Shown piece after piece: positions 1-10,210 of a stretch of DNA of 64,000 bases (positions are counted from its first letter, which is position 1; each line of letters begins with the position of its first letter). Made by a program: the position numbers and the translations under genes. The stretch covers positions 1,368,601 to 1,432,600 of the forward strand of contig CAWJOM010000006.1 in NCBI GenBank assembly GCA_963844525.1, read 5' to 3'. The stretch is from an uncultured Acidobacteriaceae bacterium. Lineage in GTDB: Bacteria > Acidobacteriota > Terriglobia > Terriglobales > Acidobacteriaceae. The notes below the pieces were generated by a model that searched no databases, was not told the origin of the DNA, and saw only the letters and a program-made list of their open reading frames with translations.

Positions 1-681
1 GCGAGTTTGACTCTGACTGCGCCGAACCCTGTGCTTGCGTGGGTGCAGAAACAAGCGCCGGCTAAGGCTCCCATCACCGCGGATCAGTCGTGGCGCGAGC
101 TTCTCGACGGCAATGCGCGTTTCGTGAAGGGAGCTACCACCGGTCCACGCCGCAGTCCCCAGGATTTTCGCTCGCTCGCCAACGCCCAATATCCAGAGGC
201 CGTCATTGTCAGCTGCGCCGATTCCCGCGTCGCGCCGGAGATCCTCTTTGATGTGGGCGTCGGCGACATCTTTGTCGTGCGGGTCGCGGGCAATGTCGTC
301 GGCGGCGCCGGCGCAGTGGTCAAGGGCAGTATTGAATACGCCATCGCGGAACTGAATGTGCCCCTGATCGTGGTCCTTGGCCACAGCGGATGCGGCGCCG
401 TCAAAGCCGCCAAGCAGCATATCGATGCCAAGGATTCCTTGCCGGGAGCCATCAATGGCCTGGTGGAATTGATCAAGCCCGCCGTCACGCAGAGTAAGAG
501 CACTCCCGGCGACGCGCTCGAAAACGCCATCCGCAAGAATGTCGAACTCGGCGTCGAGCGACTCAAGGATCTGCAGCCGATCCTCGCGCCCCGCGCCAAA
601 GAAGGGAAGCTCACGATCGTCGGCGCAGTCTACGATTTGAGCACGGGCGTCGTCACGCCCCTCGATGTTGGAAAGTCCTGA
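1..681 (+). CDS. beta-class carbonic anhydrase (5' end may lie outside window)
   Basis: ORF 7..681 stays open back to base 1. Motifs CADSRV, DIFVVRVAGN and GHSGCGAV are typical of the beta-CA zinc site. Confidence 0.85.
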   Translation, partial: ASLTLTAPNPVLAWVQKQAPAKAPITADQSWRELLDGNARFVKGATTGPRRSPQDFRSLANAQYPEAVIVSCADSRVAPEILFDVGVGDIFVVRVAGNVVGGAGAVVKGSIEYAIAELNVPLIVVLGHSGCGAVKAAKQHIDAKDSLPGAINGLVELIKPAVTQSKSTPGDALENAIRKNVELGVERLKDLQPILAPRAKEGKLTIVGAVYDLSTGVVTPLDVGKS

Positions 682-708
682 CCGAGTTGCGGCTCCCAGC
701 ACCAGCCG

Positions 709-1119
709 CTATCCGTGAAGCCGTTCCTCGTTCTGTTCCGGGTTGCGAGCCTTGCCGCAAAGCGCCGCAACCGTGGGGAGCAACTCTCGGCTCGCTTCGA
801 GCTTCGGCACAAAAGCGTCGACGACGGTTAACGCTTGGATCGGAACGTCGCTTCCCGAAAGTAAGATCACGAACAGTTCCCGGCTTATTCGCTTGATCTC
901 GACCGCCAGTTCGTAGCCGTTCATGTCCGGCATCTCATAGTCGATCAGCACGACATCCAGGCTGCAGGTGTTCACCAGCCCGAGTCCCGCCCGTGCGGAC
1001 CCTGCTGTCAGGACGGAGTATCCGGATCTTTCGAGGAGTGTTCGTTCGTAGTACAAAACCGCTGGATCGTCGTCGATGCACAGCACGACTCTTTTCGACG
1101 GGAACTGAACTGGAATCAA
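709..1119 (-). CDS. single-domain response regulator (CheY-like receiver)
   Basis: 136 aa with VVLCIDDD ... DVVLIDYEMPDMNG ... ILLSG receiver signature. No output domain and no adjacent kinase. Confidence 0.85.
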   Translation of the reverse strand: MIPVQFPSKRVVLCIDDDPAVLYYERTLLERSGYSVLTAGSARAGLGLVNTCSLDVVLIDYEMPDMNGYELAVEIKRISRELFVILLSGSDVPIQALTVVDAFVPKLEASRELLPTVAALCGKARNPEQNEERLHG

Positions 1120-1580
1120 TTTGGCCTCCTGCCAACATCAGGCCCATTCGGACTCGCGCTTGCTCTTCGCTCATCGGCTGAGTCCGCTACCAGACGCCTC
1201 TCGTCGCGCCTGTTCCACGACACCCCCCACGGTGAAAATGTGGCGCGGTGCGACAACCATCTGACGGATGGAACGGCCGCCCCACGGGAAGAGGAATCAA
1301 CGAACTGTGTTACGTTCCCTCCAGAGAACCCTTTAACCTCAACATGGTTGAGGTTCGCTTGGGTACTGTCACTATTGCCAGTCAGCCAGAAAGTAACCCC
1401 CAGGCCGGGAGCATGAGACCGGCCCGCAGAACCGCAGTATTCATGTAGCCCCGGACGCATTCGTCCGAGGCTCTTCCTCTGATGCTGTCAACCGGAGTCA
1501 AGGCGAGCGAGGAAATGAGGGCGCCGGCGGCTTCGCGCGATTTTAGGATCCAAATCGCTGCGGCACTTGCATTCTTATGC

Positions 1581-1614
1581 AAATAAAAGAGGACGGGCCC
1601 GAAAGAGCCCGTCC
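1581..1614 (-). terminator. rho-independent terminator after the S53 peptidase gene
   Basis: On the minus strand, stem GGACGGGC/GCCCGTCC (1591-1598 / 1607-1614) is followed by TCTTTTATTT (plus-strand A-run 1581-1590). Confidence 0.5.
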
Positions 1615-1638
1615 CTTGTAATCTCCGCCACGGTCCTC

Positions 1639-4600
1639 TTACTGCACGGTTAAGCTCAGTGTCTGCGCCTTCGACATCCCTCCACCAGCCGCCGAAATCG
1701 TCAAAGTGGAGGAACCCTTTAGAGTCGTCGAAGCCGCCTTGATTGTCAGAGTGGCGCTCCCATTGCCCGGCGACACTATGCTCGCCGGCACAAAGCTGGC
1801 CGTCACCCCTTTCGGCATCCCATTGACCGTCAACCCCACTGCAGCGGCAAATCCGTTCGCCGCCGCCGTGGTCACCGTGATTGGAATCGATCCGCCTCGC
1901 GCCACAACCACATTCGTGCCGTCCAGCGCGAGCGTGAAGTTGGGACCGATGACCGTCAGACTCAGCGTTTGCGTCTTGCTTATCCCTCCTCCTGAGCCGG
2001 ACACGGTCAGCGTATAACCCCCCCCAAGCGTCGAGGCGGCGGACGTCAGCGTCAGCGTGCTGCTGCCGTTGCCGGGCGACGCAATGCTGGTGGGTGCAAA
2101 CTTTGCGCTCACGCCTTTGGGATATCCGTTGACCGAGAGCGCGATCGCCGACTTGAATCCGCTCAGCGCGCTTGTATTCAAGGTGAACGTCGTCGAACTG
2201 CCGGCCGTCACCGTTGCGCTTACGGAGTTTGCCGTGAGCGTGAACGTCGGATTAATCACGGTCAGGCCGATCGTCTGCGCCTGGCTCATGCCGCCGCCCG
2301 TAGCTGTTACCGTGATCGGGAAGGTCCCCGTCGCGCCACTGGATGAAGCTCTCAGCGTCAGCGTAGTGCTGCCGTTGCCCGGCGAAGCGACACTCGCGGG
2401 TGCAAAACTTCCCGTGACTCCAGCTGGCAGTCCGCTGACTGCGAACCTGACGGCCGACTTAAATCCCTTTCCCGCCGCCGTCGAAAACCTGATCGCAGCC
2501 GAGTTCCCATCTGCCAGCGTGGCGCTGCTGGTACCCGACGTCAGCGAAAAGGTAGGCGCAGTCACCGTCACTGCGATGGCCATCGTTTGTGTGAGCCCGC
2601 CGCCTGTGCCCACGATCGTAATCGCCGAACTCTTGACTGCCGCATTTGCCGCAGCCGTCATGGTCGCCGTCACGGGTGCCTTGCCAGTCACCGTTGCGGA
2701 TGAGAAACCCACCGTCACCCCGGTCGGCATTCCGCTCGCCGAAAGCGTCACCGGCGCGTTGAATCCTCCGGCGCCGATCATGGTGAGCGTGATTTGCGAT
2801 GAGGTCCCCTGTGCCACCGAAAGGCTCGCAACATTTGGCGTCAGCGTAAAGCCTGAAGTGCTGCCGTCGCTCCAGTGGTTGACCAGCAGGCTGGCATCCA
2901 CCGAGCCGAGCCCGGTCGCCTCGTCGTATCCCGTACCGGCATTGAAGCCCGTCAGGCCGGGGACGCCGTTGTTCCCGCCGGTCACGTCATGAAAGACCGC
3001 CGCGCCATTAGCGGATAGTTGCTGGTTGGCCAACGTATAAAAGATTGGATTTGCGTTCCCCTGCGCCGCTCCGCTGTGCTCGTTCACCAGGGCCATCACG
3101 CTCGCGAGCGACGGAGCCGCCGCCGACGTGCCTGACGCGTAAAAGATGTTTCCCTGAACCTGCACGATGTACGCATCCTGGATCGACGCGTGCATCGAAA
3201 CATCCGGCACATCCCGTTTGCCGTCCGCCGGAACACCGGGCGCCGCCTGCCATCCCGGCTTGCTGTAGACGATGCTCGCGCCGCCTCCGCCCGCCCACAG
3301 GCCCCCGCTCCATCCGCTTTCATTCCATGCCGATTCCGGAATGTAGCTGAGTGCCGAAGACTGCCCCGCGCCATTCGTTGCCGACCAGTACTGGCCGGGA
3401 TTGTACCCGTCATTGAACTGCGTGCCGCCCACGCACGTGCTGTATGGACTGGAACAGAGGCCGTTCACGCCACGCCCTTGCGTTGCCGTTTTCTGCGAAG
3501 GGGAATCGCAGCCCGCTGCCCCGCCATCTCCGGAAGAAACAAAGACCGACATGCCCTGTGCCGCCGCCTGCGCCCAAGTGCTGTTCCAGAAAGCGTTGCC
3601 CCCCGATCCCAGCGCGGCCTCGCACAGTCCGTAGCTCAAGCTCACGACCGGCGCCACGTTGCGGTTGACCGCGTATTGCGCCGAGAGCGTGATCCCATCC
3701 GATGTTCCGGATTTTGAGGTGACGAACTTAATGGTCGCGTTGTCCGCGATGGCGCCCGCCCACTCCACATCCATGGCCGATTCCAGTTCGTCGTCGCACC
3801 ATGGAAATCCCGGGTCCGTTCCGTTGATGATCATCTGCGGATCGTTCGGCGGAAGGCCGGCGTTCGTGCGGAACGTTCGCACATCCGACAAGGCCACATC
3901 CACGCGCCCCAGCACCGCGATGCTCTGTCCGGTTCCGTCGAGTCCCTGGGCGTACAGCGGGTTGACGTCATAAATCGTCGCCCAGTCCTGCGGCATCAGA
4001 AAGTGCGCGCCATTCGCCGCTGTATAAGCCGGCGCGACAACATGAGTGGGCACGCTGCGAAAATCGTGCAGCGCAACGATCCCTCGCACCACCGGAGCTA
4101 GCGCCTGCGGAACCGCCGGATCGCTGGCATTGGCGTAGTGCACCGCTCCTTTCACCGAATATCTTCGAATGCTGGTGTGAAACGCAGACTTGACTTGTGC
4201 CGCCGTTCCGCTGAAGACGAGCGCGCGATGCGACGCCGGAACTTCCTCCACTTCGAAGCCATACCCTTGCAGCCACTGCACCACGCGATCGAGATCATGC
4301 TGCGAGACGCCAAAACGCTTCCCAAATTGTGCCGGCGTCAGCCAGCGATGGTAATAAGCCGATCCCGGATCGTGCTGCGCCCGCAGCAATTCTTCCAGCG
4401 CAGCGTCTTGCGTGGGATCGCTGCGGAGTACCAGCACCATTCTCGCCATGTAAAGATCCGGCGCAGCCTCGCCGATAGCATACTCAGGCTTGGCCAGAGG
4501 GTGCCGCTGCTCCGCCAATACCACCCGCTGACTATTGTCGATAGACGCGACAATTCGGTCCGTGGGACGCACGGACAATAGATCTCTCGGGGTTTGAGCC

Positions 4601-4677
4601 GACGCCGTTTGCGGCCATAACATCAACGAAGAACACAATACGAAGAGCAAGAGTGCCAAGACCCTTCTACTTTGCAT
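1639..4677 (-). CDS. secreted S53 (sedolisin/kumamolisin-type) serine peptidase with C-terminal Ig-like repeats
   Basis: ORF 1639..4764 trimmed to the ATG at 4677 (MQSRRVLALLLFVL.. signal peptide). It has a pro-kumamolisin-like prodomain (YHRWLTPAQFGKRFG), the SGTSAAAP catalytic serine motif and four C-terminal repeats. Confidence 0.85.
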   Translation of the reverse strand: MQSRRVLALLLFVLCSSLMLWPQTASAQTPRDLLSVRPTDRIVASIDNSQRVVLAEQRHPLAKPEYAIGEAAPDLYMARMVLVLRSDPTQDAALEELLRAQHDPGSAYYHRWLTPAQFGKRFGVSQHDLDRVVQWLQGYGFEVEEVPASHRALVFSGTAAQVKSAFHTSIRRYSVKGAVHYANASDPAVPQALAPVVRGIVALHDFRSVPTHVVAPAYTAANGAHFLMPQDWATIYDVNPLYAQGLDGTGQSIAVLGRVDVALSDVRTFRTNAGLPPNDPQMIINGTDPGFPWCDDELESAMDVEWAGAIADNATIKFVTSKSGTSDGITLSAQYAVNRNVAPVVSLSYGLCEAALGSGGNAFWNSTWAQAAAQGMSVFVSSGDGGAAGCDSPSQKTATQGRGVNGLCSSPYSTCVGGTQFNDGYNPGQYWSATNGAGQSSALSYIPESAWNESGWSGGLWAGGGGASIVYSKPGWQAAPGVPADGKRDVPDVSMHASIQDAYIVQVQGNIFYASGTSAAAPSLASVMALVNEHSGAAQGNANPIFYTLANQQLSANGAAVFHDVTGGNNGVPGLTGFNAGTGYDEATGLGSVDASLLVNHWSDGSTSGFTLTPNVASLSVAQGTSSQITLTMIGAGGFNAPVTLSASGMPTGVTVGFSSATVTGKAPVTATMTAAANAAVKSSAITIVGTGGGLTQTMAIAVTVTAPTFSLTSGTSSATLADGNSAAIRFSTAAGKGFKSAVRFAVSGLPAGVTGSFAPASVASPGNGSTTLTLRASSSGATGTFPITVTATGGGMSQAQTIGLTVINPTFTLTANSVSATVTAGSSTTFTLNTSALSGFKSAIALSVNGYPKGVSAKFAPTSIASPGNGSSTLTLTSAASTLGGGYTLTVSGSGGGISKTQTLSLTVIGPNFTLALDGTNVVVARGGSIPITVTTAAANGFAAAVGLTVNGMPKGVTASFVPASIVSPGNGSATLTIKAASTTLKGSSTLTISAAGGGMSKAQTLSLTVQ
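1642..2850 (-). repeat. four tandem ~100-aa (~300-nt) Ig-like coding repeats
   Basis: Units are approx 2557-2850, 2251-2556, 1945-2250 and 1642-1944. Each starts P(T/N)F(T/S)L and ends GGG(M/I)S(K/Q)(A/T)QT(L/I)(S/G)LTV. Confidence 0.7.
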
Positions 4678-4926
4678 GAGCACCTCGAATGTAGGTCGTG
4701 AAGTAAAGCCGTTTGTGAAGACCGCAGGGAAAGCCACAATTGACCATCGGCAGAATTTCCCCAACCTTCAGCGCACGATGGTCGCTTTACATCACCGAGG
4801 TAACGAAAAAAGGTAACCGTTCATCGCCGCCTACCACGTATCCGATTCTGCATTGACAGCGCTCTCTCCGGCTTCTACCATCCGGGTCAAAATCAGGTCG
4901 GCCGCTTCCGCCGATCCTCCAGGGGC

Positions 4927-5622
4927 GTGTACATGGCAAGTTCCGGCAGAGCTCTGTCTGTTTCAACCGGCCGTTCGCAACGCGGCACAGCGCGAGTGCC
5001 CGTAGTCTTTGCAATTCTTTTGCTGATCGCCTTCGCCGCTCTGGCGGCCCCGCAAGACCGTGATCACAATCAGGATCATGACCGCGATCGCCCTCCTATT
5101 CGCGTTTCCGACGATCGCATGTCGCGTGACTTTGGGGGCGGCCGCGGCGGCAGGCCTTCTCCCGATGCGTTATGCGAGCCGGGCTCTGTTGCCGTCGGCT
5201 TTCATGTGCAGACTGGCGAGTACTTCAACACAGCATGGCTCGATTGCGTTCGCCTGCGGCACGATGGAGAACTCGGAGACGAGCCGCGCGTGACTGCCCG
5301 AACCGGCAGTCCGGGCGGACGCCCCGTCCACGACGCCTACTGCCCGCCGGGCCACGTGTTGCGCGGGCTACGCGGCCGTACCGGCGCCTCCATCGATGAG
5401 GTGGTAGGCGAATGCAGCTCCATTCGTGCGATCGCCGAGAGACGCAACGATGCGAGGGTTGAGATGACCCAGCCCGTCGCTCGTCCCAACGCCGGAGGCC
5501 ATCCCGCAGAGGCGCAATGCCCTCCCGGCGCGGTCGTGACTGGATTCCGCTCCATGAGCGGCGAGTACATGGACCACTTGTGGCTCCTGTGCTCCGAAAT
5601 CGGCAGGGATCACTACAACTAA
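4927..5622 (+). CDS. hypothetical secreted protein with three Cys-bracketed repeats
   Basis: N-terminal hydrophobic signal (VVFAILLLIAFAALAAPQ). There are three copies of C-x-PG-x-V-x-G(F/L)-x4-G(E/A)... ending in C. The start (GTG 4927 or ATG 4933) is uncertain. Confidence 0.55.
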   Translation: MYMASSGRALSVSTGRSQRGTARVPVVFAILLLIAFAALAAPQDRDHNQDHDRDRPPIRVSDDRMSRDFGGGRGGRPSPDALCEPGSVAVGFHVQTGEYFNTAWLDCVRLRHDGELGDEPRVTARTGSPGGRPVHDAYCPPGHVLRGLRGRTGASIDEVVGECSSIRAIAERRNDARVEMTQPVARPNAGGHPAEAQCPPGAVVTGFRSMSGEYMDHLWLLCSEIGRDHYN

Positions 5623-6716
5623 GCGCACTCGCGGACAGATTGGGCATCTGCAGAGGACGGAAGCACGGCCGGTGGCGCAACTGTGCTTTCGCCTTTGCGA
5701 ATGAGCACGATCGCCCCGAGGATCGCCGCTGACGCCATCATGACCCGCATCGTCAACGGTTCGGACGCGAGCAGCCATCCCAGAAACACGGCCACCACTG
5801 GATTCGCATACGTGTGCGTGGCTACCAGCGCGGGCGGGCACCTTTGCAGCAGCCACGTGTAAGCCGTGAACGCAATCACGGATCCGAAGACGATCAGGTA
5901 CACCAATCCCAGAATTGATTTCATGGAAATGCTGGCCCAGTGTGTGGCGTGAAACTCACCGGTTAGTCCGGCTGCGGCGAGAAGCATGACCGCGCCACAG
6001 ATCGTCGGTAACGCTGTACGCCCTAGAGCATCGTTCGGCAGTTTCAGTCTTGGCGAGATCGCCACTCCTGTCGACCACGACAGCGAACCTGCGAGCACCG
6101 CCAGCAGTCCGAGCAGGCTCGAGCCCTTCACGTTCAATTCCGCGCGAGTCAGCAGCCCGACGCCGAGCACGCCCAACCCAAGGCCCAGCGCGCTCATCCG
6201 GCTGATCTTCTGCTGTCCCATCGACCAGGCGATCACCAGAATGAACATGGGTTCGGTCGCGATGAGCAGCGCCGCCAGGCCCGATCCCACATACTGTTCG
6301 GCCCAGTGTAGCGTGCCGTGACCAATCAGAAAAAACAGTGCGCCCAGCACGAATCCCGCAATCCAGTGCGAGCGGGTCGGACGAAATCCGCGCGCCCATG
6401 CCCAGGCGAACATAATCGTTCCAGCGATCGAGTGCCGGATGCCTGCAGTCACCAGCGGTGGAATGGTCTCGACGGCGTAGCGGATCGCGAGGTACGTGGA
6501 TCCCCAGACCAGGTAGATGGCCGCGAAGGCGAGCGCCAACTGGATCGAGTACGTGCGACTGCTTGCGGGTTGGCGCGGATTGGGCACAATCACGGGTCTG
6601 CCTCCAATGGTAAACATCTTTTCCTTCGCCGGTTTCGCATTTGGCAGGCTGCGGTTGCGGATCCGGGCCATCATTTGCACTGCTTCGGGGCTGAGCATCA
6701 TATAACCTCTAAACAT
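5619..6716 (-). CDS. EamA/DMT-family transporter
   Basis: Polytopic membrane protein with LAFAAIYLVWGSTYLAIRYA and a second EamA-like half. The start is uncertain (an internal ATG at 6617 is also possible). Confidence 0.8.
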   Translation of the reverse strand: MFRGYMMLSPEAVQMMARIRNRSLPNAKPAKEKMFTIGGRPVIVPNPRQPASSRTYSIQLALAFAAIYLVWGSTYLAIRYAVETIPPLVTAGIRHSIAGTIMFAWAWARGFRPTRSHWIAGFVLGALFFLIGHGTLHWAEQYVGSGLAALLIATEPMFILVIAWSMGQQKISRMSALGLGLGVLGVGLLTRAELNVKGSSLLGLLAVLAGSLSWSTGVAISPRLKLPNDALGRTALPTICGAVMLLAAAGLTGEFHATHWASISMKSILGLVYLIVFGSVIAFTAYTWLLQRCPPALVATHTYANPVVAVFLGWLLASEPLTMRVMMASAAILGAIVLIRKGESTVAPPAVLPSSADAQSVRECA

Positions 6717-6932
6717 AAGTTAACAGGTTAGGTAGATCGTAGCCGTAGCACCGCTAACTTGTCAAGTATGTTTTAATGGTTAGATAATGAACAGGAAGGA
6801 CTACTTCTGACGAATCTCAAAGAAGACGCGAAAATCTTACGGCGGCGGCCACCGCGCTTCGACCTGATTGCCGGCAACGTCTCTCTGGACTTCGTCAACA
6901 CGCTCGATGACCGGTACACCAAGCCGAAGGAA

Positions 6933-7448
6933 TTGCTGGCGGATTATCTCGATCTGGCGCGCTTCGCGGAAGATACCGGAATATTGGATTCGTCGCATGT
7001 GGACCGGCTCTTCGCGCGCAGCCAGGCCGATCCGGAGCGAGCGCAGAAGGTGCTTCTATGGGCGAGAGAATTGCGCGAAGCGATTCACGAAGTGTTCCGG
7101 GCGATTATCGATAAGCGCCCCGTACCGCAGATGGCTCTCACGCGCCTGAATGGCTCCGTGCAGAACGCCGCGGAGCGCATGCGCCTGGTTCCGGTAAAGG
7201 GCGGCTTCGCATGGAGCTTTGACGATCTCAATGCATTTGAGAGCGTGCTCTGGCCGATTGCGCGCGCCGCGGCCGAGCTGCTCACTTCAGATCAACTGCC
7301 GTATGTGCGGGCTTGTTTTTCCAAAACATGCGAATGGTTTTTTCTGGACACCAGCAAGAACCATCACCGGCGCTGGTGCGACATGGCGCGCTGCGGAAAT
7401 CGCGCCAAGGCACAACGCTTCTACGAGCGACAGAAGAAGAGTTCTTAG
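6933..7448 (+). CDS. CGNR zinc-finger (ABATE-domain) protein; the true N-terminus is probably upstream
   Basis: C-terminal C-x4-C ... RRWCDMARCGNRAKAQRFY motif. The same frame is open from 6777 and encodes RFDLIAGNVSLDFVNT (typical N-terminus) with no ATG, GTG or TTG. Confidence 0.8.
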   Translation: MLADYLDLARFAEDTGILDSSHVDRLFARSQADPERAQKVLLWARELREAIHEVFRAIIDKRPVPQMALTRLNGSVQNAAERMRLVPVKGGFAWSFDDLNAFESVLWPIARAAAELLTSDQLPYVRACFSKTCEWFFLDTSKNHHRRWCDMARCGNRAKAQRFYERQKKSS

Positions 7449-7538
7449 CTGCTCTGGCTTCTCTTCCGCCGGTTTACAATCGCCACTGCAAATTGCCAGC
7501 CTGACATTCAACATCGGAAATTTCGCCGGGAGGCTCTC

Positions 7539-8532
7539 TTGATTTCTCGCGCTCTTGCCGTCCTGCTGTTGACCAGCGCAGTCCTCGCCCAGAATGTCGT
7601 GCACTACACCACCACGAATGCCAACGTGAAATATCTTTTTGCCACGGCCGAGCCAGTGTTGCATTTGAAGCCGGGGGACATTCTCGACACCAACACGCTG
7701 GACTGCTTTGGCAACGGCCTCAAGAAACCTGGCGACACGTTGAGCATGGCCAAGGGCGACAATCCGCTAGCCGGTCCGTTTTACGTGGAGGGCGCGGAGC
7801 CTGGCGACACCCTTGCCGTGAAGATTCTCGACTTGCAGGTGGACGGCGAGTACGGGCGTCGGCGCATTCTCGCCGGGATTTGGTTCCATCAATTCATCGC
7901 ACTACACGCCAATGCTGGGCGGGGAGTTGCCGGAGCGAGTCTGGTTTTATCCCATCGACCACAAAGCGAACGAGGCCACGTTCAAGGCCATCGATTCCGA
8001 TTTCTCGGTAAAGATTCCCATGCACCCGTTCTTTGGCTGCATCGGCGTGGCTCCCGCGAACGGCGAGGCGCGCAGTTCGATTGTACCGGCGGAGTTTGGC
8101 GGCAACATGGATTCTCCTGAGGCCAGCGCGGGCAACACGGTTTATTTTCCGGTGAATGTGAAAGGCGGGCTGCTCTACTTGGGCGATGGACACGCCGCCA
8201 TGGGAGATGGAGAGGCCGCGGGATCGGCCATCGAGGTGCCGCTCAAGGCGCGAGTGCAAGTAAGCGTGATCAAGGGCCGCACGATCGAGTGGCCTCAGTT
8301 TGAAAATGAGGACGCGATCATGACCGTCGGGGCATACCGTCCTCTGGAAGACGCGACCCGTATCGCGTTGACCGAACTGGTGCACTGGATTCATAAGGAT
8401 TACGGGCTTTCCGAACTCGACGCCTACGAGTTGCTCTCGAAGGTGGCGAAGATCCATTTGAACGAGATGGTCGATCCCAACTATGTCGTCGTGGCCTCGA
8501 TTGAGAAAAAGTATTTGCCGAAAAAGAAGTAG
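7539..8532 (+). pseudogene. acetamidase/formamidase-family amidohydrolase, frameshifted as sequenced
   Basis: Fragments 7539..8120 and 7912..8532 lie in different frames. The junction is near 7854-7860 (..LQVDGEYG | VGAFSPGFGS..). Downstream motifs are GGNMD and GDGHAAMGDGE. Signal peptide plus GGGAGG RBS before the TTG at 7539. Confidence 0.8.
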
Positions 8533-8664
8533 GGCCCAAGCCGCTACGGCAAAGACCTCACTCCCCTAGGGGTTCTACCGTAGCAACCAGCCTTTTCTCC
8601 CTCTGCATCCGAATGGGCGCTTGTCCGACAGTTACCTCCTCCGCAGAAGGGTTGACCACGCAGT

Positions 8665-9813
8665 ATGGTTTCCATCCATCGCACACTCTTGCTTGCTCTC
8701 ATTGGTGCCTGCGCCAGCACAGTTCTGGCATCCGCTCAGGCCACGTCGTCACAAACTGAAGCTAACGAGGTTGCAGGCGGCTCGTCGCCGGCCGCCTACA
8801 TTTACGTATCGAGTTCACCGAGCAACGGGAAAAATCAAATCAATGCCTACTCCGCCTCTGCTAACGGTGCACTGAGTCCAATTCCTGGAACGCCATTCTC
8901 GACCCCGGCCTACGCAATGGCGCTGAACGGGACCTGGCTCTTTGCCACCGACGGCAGCAACATCGATTCGTTCTCCATCGCCGCCAATGGTGCACTGAAC
9001 CAAAAGGATTCGTACAACGCAGAAAACGGCGGACTGATCAGCCTCTTTCTCGATCACACCGGTTCCACGCTGTATACCGACTACTACACCACCAACAACG
9101 ACTATCTCTCGTACAGCATCGATGTATCGACCGGCCAACTGATGCCGGTGAGCGACCTCGCCGGAGGCCCTTCCAACAACGGTGTGCTCAGCTTCATTGG
9201 GAACAATGAGTTCGCATACTCGTCCAGCTGTTATCACTTCACGCCCGATATCTATGGTGTGCAGCGGGCCAGCGATGGTGCGCTGACTTACTTGAGCAGC
9301 AATCCGCCGTTTCCCGCGCCTCCCTCAGGCGATTTCTGGTGTCCGTGGCTAGCCGCCGCTGATCCCACGAATCACTTGGCGGTCGCCATGCAACCGCTCA
9401 ACGGAAACTTCACTGTTGAAGGCCCGTATCAACTTGCGTCGTACACGGTGGACAGTTCTGGGAACCTGACAACCACGAACAGCTACCAGAACATGCCTCA
9501 GGTGCTGGTGGGCAGCGCTATTTATGACTACCAGATGTCTCCCGACGGCAAGTTTCTCGCGGTCGGAGGGCCTTCGGGATTGCAAATCTTTCACTTCAAC
9601 GGCTCAAATCCAATCACGAAAATGACTGGCCTGCTACCTGCAAACGGTATTAACCAGCTCTTCTGGGACAACAAGAACCATCTGTACGCAATTAGCTGGG
9701 CGGGCGGGAAGCTATATGTGCTGACGGTGACGTCGACGGGTGTATCGCAGGCTCCAGGCTCGCCGCATCCGGTGACGAAACCAGAGGGCATTATCGTGCT
9801 GCCGAAATCGTAG
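8665..9813 (+). CDS. secreted beta-propeller-like protein (lactonase-type repeats, weak call)
   Basis: Signal peptide LLLALIGACASTVLASAQA, then repeated '..I(N/D)(A/S)(Y/F)S(I/A)..NGAL..' blade-like segments. Confidence 0.55.
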   Translation: MVSIHRTLLLALIGACASTVLASAQATSSQTEANEVAGGSSPAAYIYVSSSPSNGKNQINAYSASANGALSPIPGTPFSTPAYAMALNGTWLFATDGSNIDSFSIAANGALNQKDSYNAENGGLISLFLDHTGSTLYTDYYTTNNDYLSYSIDVSTGQLMPVSDLAGGPSNNGVLSFIGNNEFAYSSSCYHFTPDIYGVQRASDGALTYLSSNPPFPAPPSGDFWCPWLAAADPTNHLAVAMQPLNGNFTVEGPYQLASYTVDSSGNLTTTNSYQNMPQVLVGSAIYDYQMSPDGKFLAVGGPSGLQIFHFNGSNPITKMTGLLPANGINQLFWDNKNHLYAISWAGGKLYVLTVTSTGVSQAPGSPHPVTKPEGIIVLPKS

Positions 9814-9885
9814 CCCGGTGTGCGAAGCAGGTGCGAACGGAAGCCTGCTTCATTCAACCGATAGCCACGCAGGTTCGAAACAATC

Positions 9886-9924
9886 GAAGCCCTCACCCGA
9901 GTTCATAGCAAGGGTGAGGGCTTC
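9886..9924. terminator. 13-bp perfect hairpin between convergent genes
   Basis: GAAGCCCTCACCC (9886-9898) pairs with GGGTGAGGGCTTC (9912-9924). There is no clear U-tract. Confidence 0.35.
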
Positions 9925-10210
9925 GAGCTTGGCTTTGGAAATGTTGGACCGAGTACTAGAAGAAGGTTTGACGATCCGCAGGCCCGGGGGCCGTGCTTTT
10001 GAAGAAGTGTTCCTGCAGGAACATTTTTCTGTACGTTAATGTGTGTACAAATCCGCGCAAGTATTTGTTTCTGTGTGGATACGTAAACTGGAGGATTCCC
10101 AGGTTTATACGGATTGTTGTATCTGGCGGCTCTCGAGAACGATGCAAACTCGCTTTGAGACCCTGCGACTGCTCGCGGAGCGATCTACCGGTTGGGGCGT
10201 GGAGTTTGCC

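Noticed and set aside
1116-1460. 114-aa ORF in the 0.5-kb gap between the response regulator and the S53 peptidase
   Set aside because: It has no motif and no RBS, and its composition is Arg/Ser/Gly-biased. It is likely non-coding promoter or terminator space.
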